Below are positions 21,535 to 31,245 of a stretch of DNA of 64,000 nucleotides, one piece after another. The notes beneath the pieces were generated by a model. It was given only the letters and a program-made list of their open reading frames with translations, was not told the origin of the DNA and did no database searches. The DNA is taken from positions 16,561,653 through 16,625,652 of the forward strand of contig NC_134028.1 in NCBI RefSeq assembly GCF_964204645.1, written 5' to 3'. Position 1 is the first letter of the stretch. Each line of letters begins with the position of its first letter. A program made the position numbers and the translations under genes. The stretch is from Tubulanus polymorphus (Eukaryota; Animalia; Nemertea).

Positions 21535-21882
21535 TTTAATGCTAAATTTTTTATTAAAATTGATTTTAGAAGTTATTCATTTATATTTTATTCATATATA
21601 TGAATATTTCAAGAGTAATAGGGAATATCTTGTTTCATATCAAAGGTTGAAAGGGCTAGTGAGTAAAAAATGAAAAATATGAAAATAATAATAATTTCTA
21701 TTTGAATTAGGAGTGAAACTCATATAAAATGAAAAATAAATTCGAGTGTGCGAGAATTATTTTTCATTTTATATGAGTTTCGCTACTAATTCAAATAGAA
21801 ATTGTTATTATTTTCATATTTTTCATTTTTTATGAGCTCGACCTTTCGACCTTTGGTATGAAACAACATATTCCCTATTACT
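21421..21882 (-). repeat. Right TIR (462 bp) with a 269-bp palindrome (21614-21882); includes the polB start
   Basis: Reverse complement of 2686-3147. Confidence 0.95.
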
Positions 21883-22742
21883 AATATGACACAGTAACTG
21901 ATGAAAATATCTGAAGCATAATTCAAACCCAATATCATCAATTTAAAATTGTAACTATTAATGCAAATGATGAAATAATCAATGAGAATAGTAACTTCCC
22001 AAGAAGATCTATTAAAGGCGTATTAATATTTTTTACAATTGCAACATATTCTAATGGCGCAATAAATGTTGATAACTATTATAATCCTGAAATATCAAAA
22101 GTAGAAATAACATGTTACACGCGGGTCAAAGACAAATCCTCAGATGTGGAGTAAACGTCCAAGCTAACAAGAAACTGCCAACAACGGCTATAAAACAGCG
22201 CGACACTTTAATAGCTCCAAGAACGGCCTAGGTCTGACTGACTAATACAAGCCCGGCAGTGGTATATATATGAGCAGGCATTAAGGAGGCGCAAATTGTG
22301 ACAGCTGGATTAAACCAGTGAACCACTGCTGGAAATGCAAGTCAGCCAGGCAGTACAATACAACTCTTACAATATAATACCAGGTAACAAACAATTGAAG
22401 GTATAGCAAATAAAATATTTTGCCAGGGAATGAGAATGATTAATCAGTGGGTAGAAATTAGAAAAAATTTTATGAATTAAAAAATAAAGTCATCTGAAGA
22501 TTGTAATATAAACCAAATTGATTATTATACCGGTAATAAATATGCGTTATGGTTAGATTTTAGAACAACAGAGGATAACTTATTACATGGTTCTGGGAAA
22601 AAACTACAGAACACTAAAGATGGAATACAATTATTCATGAAAAAGAAAAAAAGGAATCAAAAATTTCAAAATGCACATTTATCTTATATCTGACGCGCAA
22701 ATAAATATTATAAATTCTCAATTACACAGTGTTATGTATTAA
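21883..22742 (+). pseudogene. Outer Polinton major capsid gene, 3' part
   Basis: Continues EYDTVTDENI from the TSD through FPRRSIKG, YALWLDFRTTEDN and HGSGKKLQNTKDG to VMY*. Confidence 0.88.
22113..22389. mobile_element. Solo LTR (277 bp) with 4-bp TSD
   Basis: TGTTAC...GTAACA ends, AACA at 22109-22112 and 22390-22393; removing it restores capsid codons VEITIEG. Confidence 0.85.
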
Positions 22743-22774
22743 AATTTTAATTTTAATAAAAAAATTTATAATAA

Positions 22775-25233
22775 ATGGAAGGAGGAATATATGAAATACA
22801 AAGTCCAAGTGAAATGATATCAGATATATATTATGTAATACCTTATGATGAATATAGTAAGTATTTTGGAGAATGCTTTAATCAATTCAAATATAGAATA
22901 AGTAAAATAGAAGATAATATTGAATTTAAAATAGAAGATAATATTGAATCTAAAATAGAAGATAATGTTATACCTTCTACATCGAATAATGATAATTATA
23001 ATACGAAGATTGAACCTGATATCAAAAACCAAAAAGACAAATGAAAAATATTGTGACGTATGTAAGAAATATATATCATATAAAAATTGGGCAACTCATC
23101 TTAATTCAATCAAGCATGATAAAAATAAGAATAAGAATATGAAATATAGCTGCAAGCAGCGATAACGGGTTTCTGCCTTTCTGGATAGAATGTCGTTGAG
23201 GGATGCGAGCAAAGATTTCACGCGAAATCAGTTCGTTACATTCCGTTTTTTGAAAGAGTGCCACCTAGGGGTCAACTCACAACATGGATATGTTGACCCA
23301 CATGTGCTACTACGCGCATGTGCTACTACGCGCGAAGTACTAATGTGCCAGGTTTTGGGGGGGGGGGGTGGATAACATCGAGAAGACCGAAGCTACGGTG
23401 TTTTCAGCATTCCCTAGTGACAGTTTAAGCGCATATTCGGTTATTATTAGTTCCGAAAAAAGTTGACTAGATAAGAAAACCGAATTTTGCCCAAAGCACA
23501 AATTTGGCCTATAGGGTAAATTTTGCAGGAGGGAAGGCCTTATAGTGTTACTATTAGTAGAGGAGTGACAAGTCAGTCGGACAAGGCAAGCGATCAGATG
23601 GGGACTACAATTCACATATGAAATTGACGTCCAATAACCATTATAAAAACAAAATCACGAACGGTACCATCATTCCCCATTACTCACTGTCACTGGTTGC
23701 TGGCTGGCCTGCAATTATTCTTTATCGGTGCAGTGGGTAGGTATTTTCAACTGACTTAGTTCTTTTATGACATCACCAACGCCGCTGCGTCACGATGTGA
23801 TGTACATGTACAAGGGACCTCCAATTTGTGATGTATGTGATGTATAAACTGACTTTAGACCGTTTAATATCGACGATAACAAGGTATCACCGACGCTGAC
23901 ATTTTCTGACGTTAATTAGTATGACCCGCCTTTTGGACCGGACCAATTCAATTCAAATAAGAAAACGCGTACCGGTACAGTAAATAAATAAACCGCTGTT
24001 GATTTTTCGAAGTATTGATATCCACGAACCCAGACTATACTATTATAGAATGTTTAAAAGGAACTGCTTTTAATAACAGTATGAATAAACTTACTTCACA
24101 AACAAGGAAGTACATTTTTAACTTGTGAATGGTCGAACCCAGTTATTCACAGTAACCTGGGATTTGGATGACCTCGGATCCTTCCTTCTTTATTTATTTA
24201 TGAAATGACGTCACAAACTTTCAGATTCGCGCAAGTATGCGCGCCATGATTGATGATTGCTATTTCCACCGGTGTTATCTTTAAGTAACTTCAAGTTTAA
24301 AATAGGAAGCACAGTTCATCCATAGAAACTACGCGCAGAAAGTTGTTAGTAGTCAAATCTAATAGAAGATGATTTTTATGTGACGAAACTCAGTGGAAAA
24401 TATGTAAAAATAACAATCAGCAGGAATCCAATAGGGTTCCTGCTGAGTTAGCAGAAACCCTAATGAATTGAATAATAATAGTGAAGTTGATAATGATAAA
24501 ACTGAAGAAGATATTAATAATGATAAATATTGTGAGGAATTTGATAAATATATAAGTCGTAGTAATTTTCAAAACATAAATTAACCCAAATACATTTGGA
24601 TAACGTAGAAAGAAATATATGTGAAAAGTGTAATGTTGTTGTATTAACTAAAGATAAAATTAAACATTATAATTCTATTGAACATACAATAAAAGCTATT
24701 GATCCAAAACACATTTATAGAGTACCATGGGTATTTTTTTATATCGAAAATAATAATAATAGGAAATTTATATAGATCAATTTTCATCGATTTTGTAAGA
24801 AATAATCCAAATGTAGTATTATCAGATGTGAAAAATAGTTGGAAAAATATAGATAAATATCCAGGTGATTGTCCAGGGATACCTTATTTCTTCAAATTTA
24901 AAAGGAGAGATTTTCTAACAGAATTGAAAAAAATTGCTGCTAATGATGATAAAAGTGATAACTTTGATGAAATAATTCAATATTACAGTTATGAAGATTT
25001 TTCACAAGATTTTATTAATAGGATTAAAAATGATGAAAAAAATAAATATAAAAATATATGTGAAGATCAATTAAATCAATATATCTATTTAAATTATGAA
25101 TTGTTTGCTAAAGGTTTGAGGGCTAGCGATATTATCATACCAAACAATTAGGTGAAGTTGAAGGCAATAGAAGATCAGAAGAATTAAGAGATGCATGGCA
25201 ATAATTGTGGTTAGAATTAGAATCAGAAAAGTA
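22775..25233 (+). pseudogene. Outer Polinton Zn-finger accessory gene (positional homolog of 9948-10697) interrupted by a HINE
   Basis: MEGG start, NVIPSTSNN, YCDVCKK...HLNSIKH; Polinton-like AT-rich coding resumes after 24464 (ORF 24699-25151). Confidence 0.65.
23143..24464 (-). mobile_element. Non-autonomous Helentron (HINE-like) element
   Basis: On the - strand it starts ATTAGGGTTTCTGC...GCAGGAACCCTATTG (hairpin) and ends GCTGCTTGCAGCTATATT; 24120-24220 resembles the reverse complement of 28275-28370 in the large Helentron. Confidence 0.75.
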
Positions 25234-25255
25234 ATTTAAAATATAAATATAATAC

Positions 25256-25828
25256 CCCCTTATGTCTTTAGTACTTTTAGTACATAAAGAGTAAATCTTT
25301 ATATTATTAGTACTTGAAAAATGAAATAGAACTAAGGAGAATTAAGGAGATAAAGACCCATATATATATATATTACTGTTTCAATAATAATATTCATTCA
25401 TCACACAGATTTATTATATATTACTGTTTCAATAATAATATTTATTCATCTGATAGATTCTATATATTACTGTTTCAATAATGATAAATATCATAGATTC
25501 GTTATACATAAAAATTATCTATATATTTTTTTTTCTAAGTACTAATAAAATAACGATATATTCTTTATGTACTAAAAGTACTAAAGATAATAAAGACATA
25601 ACACATAGATTTATAATATATATTTGATTCACTAATAAATATCATAGATTTATTTATCTCACAGATTTATTATTTATATTTGATTCAGCAATGATAAATC
25701 TATGTGTCTTTATTGTCTTTAGTAGTTTTAGTTTTAAAAATAATTTAAATCAGTACGAATAATATAAAGATTTATTCTTTATGTACTAAAGGAACTAAAA
25801 CTACTAAAGACAATAAAGACATAAGGGT
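25256..25828. repeat. Fold-back region with internal short tandem repeats between convergent genes of the outer Polinton
   Basis: CCCTTATGTCTTTA...TAGTACATAAAGAGTAAATCTTTATATTATT pairs with AATAATATAAAGATTTATTCTTTATGTACTA...AAAGACATAAGGG; TATATTACTGTTTCAATAAT x3 inside. Confidence 0.7.
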
Positions 25829-25993
25829 TTCAATTAAAATCATAAAATGTTTTTTTGTTCATTCATACATTAATTGAAAAATTAAAATAAATAATATTTA
25901 TTTTTCTTAAAAGGGAGTTTTAAGTATTAAGGTATCTAATACGTATCTAATACATATCTAATACGTACCTAATACAAAAATGCTTAAAATGTC

Positions 25994-26595
25994 TTACTTT
26001 TATAAATTTATATTTAGAGGGAATTTGTAGTCTCAGTAATAATTTTGAACCTTTATTACTTTTTAATTTATTCATATATTCATCATGTAAGTCAGTAGGT
26101 ATTATTTGATTCTCTTCCAATGATCGTTGAATAGATTTTCTAACTAGAATAAAACTAAACATCTAATGTTTTCTCTAAAATCTTTTACAATTGAATTATA
26201 TTTTTGATTTAAAACCCAAGTTGTTATCCCAAAATGTCTCCCGGAAAAAGCTAAATAACATAACTCACTTCCTCTTACTTTTGAATCATGTAACATAGCA
26301 CAATAATCTATAATGAATAATGTATTTGAACCTTTGGAAATATCAATTGCTATTTTAATACATTTATCTAAATTTTCTTTCATTGTTTTAGGATCTAATA
26401 CAGTAAACTTTTTAATCTTAACTATATCCCTAATATATGTTTTATTCATTGAGTAGGGCAGAATAATATTATATTATCAAAATGATTCTTATAAATACTT
26501 TCTAATAAATCTAATATGAAATGTGTTTTACCACAATTTGTTACCCCAATAACTAACATATTATGCGGTTCAAATATAAATAAATCTTTATTCAT
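25994..26595 (-). pseudogene. Outer Polinton packaging ATPase (frameshifted)
   Basis: GVTNCGKTHF and SELCYLAFSGRHFGITTWVLNQKY match 9046-9657. Confidence 0.9.
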
Positions 26596-27612
26596 TTATT
26601 CTTTTAAAATAAAATTTTAAGATAAAATCCATTCATTAAATTTATCATCATACCCTTTATATTTAACCAAAGAATACTTTTTTCCTTTAATAGTTTTAGT
26701 TTTCAATACTTTTTCTATTTTTTATTCTATTTCATCTGGGTTTGGTACAAGTGATAATTCTTGTTCATAAAAATAACCTAATATTTCTTCATCTTTTAAA
26801 TCTTCTAATTTATATACAAAAGGTTTAGTTAATATTATCTTTTTAATCTTGAATATTTCTTCAGTAAAATTTGGTGTATAACCTTTGTAAAATGTTTTTC
26901 TATATTTAGATATTCTTACGTGTTGTCCTATTTTAAATCTAGGTTCTCCGAAATCATGTGTAAACAAATGTTCCATATAAATTATTCCATAATATTTCTG
27001 AATTATCTTCTTTTCTAGCTTGTATTGGTTTCATACCAATACTTGAATGTTTAGAATTAGTATAACCTTTCACTTAATCATCTAATACATCGATATATTT
27101 ATATGTTTCATTAGCAGTAAAATATTTCCACATTCTAGTTTTCAATGTTTTATTAAATCTTTCTATAATAGATGCTTTTTTATCTGAATGTGTTGAAAAA
27201 TACTCTACATCGTTATCAGATAATAATTTTTTAAATGTTTATTATAAAATTCCTTACCTAAACCAGTTTTATTTTTGATTGGAATTGACCATGCGTATCT
27301 ACTGAATATATCTATAACATTTAATATCCAGAAATATCCTTTGTTGTATTCTTCTAAGTTCTTCATATCAATTAAATCTGCTTGCCATTGTTGATCAATA
27401 TATGAAACCATAACTTTTCTTGTTAAATAATTTTCATCCATTTTCTTATGGATTTGATATGTGGGTTGATTTTGTAACCATAATCTTAAATCACTATATT
27501 TTATATTTTCTTCATCGGATTTAATTTTATCCCATAATTCTGGAACACTAGAATATGATACTTCACTCTCTGAGTTATAATATAAGTCTCTTAAATATTG
27601 TTCTTTTTTCAT
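26588..27612 (-). pseudogene. int: Outer Polinton integrase (internal deletion, frameshifts)
   Basis: ORFs 27205-27612 and 26722-26976 are near-identical to the inner integrase. Confidence 0.9.
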
Positions 27613-27618
27613 CTTATT

Positions 27619-27984
27619 TTAATCCATTAATAATAATCTTGATTTAGTTTCGTGTATAATAGGTTTATAATCATCACTACTATCATCATTATCATTATCA
27701 TCATTATTATTAGATTTGGATTTATACTTATACTTATATATAACACCAAAAAATATAATAACTGTTACTAATCCAATTGTAATATATAATTTATTTCCAG
27801 CATTAATTCCAGCATTAGAAGAATTAGATATATTATAATTTGAATTAATATCAGGTGATTCATTTGTAACAGTTAATTTATCTTTCTTAGCTTTTTTTTT
27901 TAACTCAGAAGATCTTTTACCTAATTCCCTCGCCCATTTAATTTGTTTCTCAGATCTAGGCTTCTTCTTAATAACATCACTCAT
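27619..27984 (-). CDS. Outer Polinton basic single-TM protein
   Basis: Homolog of 4995-5366 (RSEKQIKWARELGKRSSELKK; LYITIGLVTVII). Confidence 0.8.
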   Translation of the reverse strand: MSDVIKKKPRSEKQIKWARELGKRSSELKKKAKKDKLTVTNESPDINSNYNISNSSNAGINAGNKLYITIGLVTVIIFFGVIYKYKYKSKSNNNDDNDNDDSSDDYKPIIHETKSRLLLMD

Positions 27985-28980
27985 TTATTAGGGTTTTCTG
28001 ACTTTCGTCGAAAACCCTCTTGAAATTCTGTTGATTATCATTATTATTATATATTTTCCGCCGATTTCGTCAAATAAAATTCATCTTCATTCAGATTCGG
28101 CAACTGACAGCTTCGAAACGAAATGTATAAATTGATACTGTAATAACGGTCTCTCTGAACCAACAGATTGTCTAAATGTACTTTCCATCCTATTTGAAAC
28201 TTAAAATTACTTATTAGGTTACTGTAAATAAAGAATTGAATTGAATTGTTAGACAACAAGCACCGGCGAAATAACAGTTTGTGACGTCATTTAGTGAGTA
28301 AATAAAGGAGGGCTCCGAGAATTTCCGAATCACGGGGTCTATACTGGGGTTAGACGATTCAAAAGTTCATAATGTACTTGTAGGTTATTAAAAATATTAT
28401 GATATTTGATTTGGTTTGGTCTAAATTTAATTAATGAGGAAACCAATGAAACTATGCTTAGAAAATATTGGTAATAAAGTAATTTTGAATTTAGTGCGTA
28501 CCATGCTACTGCTCAGACGCCATTTTGTATTTACATGCGCTCGAATTGATTTCTCGCTATAAACTTGTTTGTGTATTGTTGTGTTGTGTATTAGCTCTAG
28601 TGAACAACAACGTAAAAGGTAAGGATGAAGCACTTTCTTGTAGTTGTTTATAGCCGGCCCACGACAATGACTGAAACATGTTGAAAGCACGAATTTTTGG
28701 TGGAGGAAGTCGGGCCGTACGTGCCGTACTATTTCATCCTCCGGCCCTTGCCAAAGTTTGATTCACCTGCCTGGGCTCGGTTCCACAGTTGTGAGTTATT
28801 AGAGTTAACTCTTGAGTTAAAATCAGTTCAATTTCAATATTTTAACCCTTGTCTGTATCGCTGATAGATGAAAGCAGAAAAACTTAAGGAAAAACCCAGT
28901 TTATTTCAACTGATCATTTAAAAAATTACGGATCAAAACGTCGCAAGCATGGGTGACAGAATATTTAGTAGTAGTAGAAA

Positions 28981-29100
28981 GGAGGGTCTAACTGCAGTTT
29001 AGGTCACCTTTCCACTGTGCGGCGCTAGTGTTATTAAAGAATAGTGTTATAGTTAGGTTAGGTACATAACCATTAGGGACACCTAAACTGCAGTCGCTCC
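28981..29100. mobile_element. 120-bp MITE with 4-bp TSD
   Basis: GGAG..ACTGCAGTTTAGGT / ACCTAAACTGCAGTCGCTCC inverted ends; GAAA on both sides; internal GGTTA repeats. Confidence 0.65.
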
Positions 29101-29593
29101 GAAAGGAGAATCTACTAGTGTTAGAACTTCTGCTGAATTCACACCAGTCTCTCGTGGGTGTAGTTAAGTCACTAGATGTCTTACGAGTAACAAGGTATTG
29201 ACTATTGGATCCATAATCATGGTTTGATAGCTATTCAACAGGTCAAATTGTCCACATTAAGTAGGCTAACATCATGCCTAAAAGAAAAAGACGTGCTGGT
29301 GGCTTTGATCCAAAAAAGGTAAGATTTCTCATGACAATTTTTGACTTGCAAGTGCTCGATTCATGGGAGTGCTGCGACGACGTACACTATATAATTGTTA
29401 CGACGATGTATTATTTTATGCCATATGTCACGACGTATTGATGAATTACCGACGACGTAAGTTTTTGCGACATCGTAAAATCGCCACCTGGTGGCACTGC
29501 ACATGTTAATTCAATTTATAATTTTCTGCAGGAAAATAAAGTTTTTGATATAGAACTTGTTTTGTTACGTCATCATTATATCTAGTCTAGTAT

Positions 29594-30310
29594 CTAGCCG
29601 TTGTTTCTAAAACAACGTCTAGGGCCAAAGTGTCATATAGAGGTTAATTTTCGTCCCGAATTCTTGGGACGAAGTGTTTAGCGTCTAATTTCAGCCTTTA
29701 AAGCAGAATCAACCTACCTTAAATGCACAAAAATCCAATACAATAGATGTTACCTATTTATTCTACATGAGTTTGTAATCCAAAATGGTTTTTGATGATC
29801 GTAGTGACTCGAAACATTTGTCAAGTCGCCTCAGTTCAGTTCGTCGAAACACAGTTGAAGTGAACAAACATGGCGGATGTGGTTGTGTTCTTGTGGGAAG
29901 TTGCGGATTCGGACTTTGATTGATTGCCAATGACTGATTTATTTGCACATTTTTTCTTATTTCAAATTTGTAAGATGTAAATCATTCAAATAAACATGTT
30001 TTATCAATAAAAAGTAACATTGAGAATAATTCAGGATCGAAGTATTAGTTTGTTAATGTTATCAATTTAGTCCGTATTTGGTATCCCGAAAGCGAAACTA
30101 AATTCAAATCAAATCAATAAAGCCCGGTTCCCGGTATAAATCATCAAAAATATAAATATAAAACACGTTTAAAGTCATAAAGGTGATTATTAAGTTTATT
30201 TAATAAAATAACTTAGATTGAGGACAAAAATCTGGTTGCACTGTAAGAAGAATTAACCTCTATATGACAGTTTGGCGTCAGACGTTGTAGGGAACCGTAA
30301 CAACGACTGG
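29594..30310. mobile_element. ~700-bp MITE-like element with ~55-bp imperfect TIRs inside the Helentron intron
   Basis: ACAACGTCTAGGGCCAAAGTGTCATATAGAGGTTAATT pairs with AATTAACCTCTATATGACAGTTTGGCGTCAGACGTTGT. Confidence 0.6.
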
Positions 30311-30701
30311 TATTCAGACTACATTTCATCTGGCACCATCGACAAAACTTGTATCTGAACTAATGATAACCTATATGACACTGCCACCTAGTGGTTATTT
30401 TCGGAACCTTCACGTCAATAACTTAGTCGTTGCAAATGCATGGTTATAAAAATTAATACTCAACACCTGTTTTAATGTTTTTAATTATTTGTTTTAATGT
30501 ATTATAGGTGCATTAGGCAGAACTCTAAACATAAATTATCTTTTCTATTTTCAGAAGAAAGCAGGGGTGGTTGCAGTTCATGCAGCCCCTACCGGAGCAA
30601 ATGAAGAAGTAAAGAAGAAAGACGAAACTTATGAAATTTTTGAACAAACTCGAAATGAAAACTTTGAAAAAGCTTAAAATGAGAAAAGCAATGAACAGAT
30701 A

Positions 30702-31245
30702 ATGAATGAAAATAGTGAACTGAAAATGAATCAAAAATATGAACAGAAAATGAATGAGAATCATGAAAAGAAAATGAATCAAAACTATGAATACAAAATG
30801 AATGAGAATCATGAAATGAAAATGAATCAAAACTATGAACAGAAAATGAATGAGAATCATGAAATGAAAATGAAACAGAACTATGAACTGGAAATGAATG
30901 AGAATCATGAAATGAAAATGAAAATGAATCAAAACTATGAACTGGAAATGAATGAGAATCATGAAATGAAAATGAATCAAAACTATGAACTGGAAATGAA
31001 TGAGAATCATGAAATGTAAATGAATCAGAACTATCAACTGGAAATGAATGAGAATCATGAAATGAAAATGAATCAGAACTATGAACTGGAAATGAATGAG
31101 AATCATGAACTGAAAATGAATCAAAACTATGAACTGGAAATGAATGAGAATAATGAAATGAAAATGAACTATGAACACAAAATGAATGAGAATCATGAAA
31201 TGAAAATGAATCAGAACTATGAACTGGAAATGAATGAGACCTATG
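30702..31245 (+). repeat. 48-bp coding minisatellite, ~11 units, reading (MNQNYELEMNENHEMK)n
   Basis: Visible periodicity, in frame with the spliced Helentron N-terminus. Confidence 0.92.

Larger units (their letters stand above)
2686..21882. mobile_element. Complete inner Polinton/Maverick (polintovirus), ~19.2 kb including a Penelope insertion and a local duplication
   Basis: 5'-AGTAAT...ATTACT-3' ends, 462-bp TIRs, 6-bp TSD AATATG at 2680-2685 and 21883-21888; contains pPolB, rve integrase, A32-like ATPase and capsid-like genes. Confidence 0.96.
1..27986. mobile_element. Outer Polinton/Maverick (decayed), interrupted by the inner Polinton, an L2 LINE, a solo LTR and a HINE; cut off at 27987 by a Helentron; left end lies outside the window
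   Basis: Same gene order as the inner element in opposite orientation: coiled-coil/TM gene, MCP and Zn-finger gene on +; ATPase, integrase and TM gene on -. Proteins are closely similar, e.g. MKKEQYLRDLYYN integrase starts at both 5372 and 27612. Confidence 0.9.

Noticed and set aside
2686-21882. TTTTTNT poxvirus early termination signals
   Set aside because: Present, but expected often by chance at this AT content; no positional pattern established by eye.
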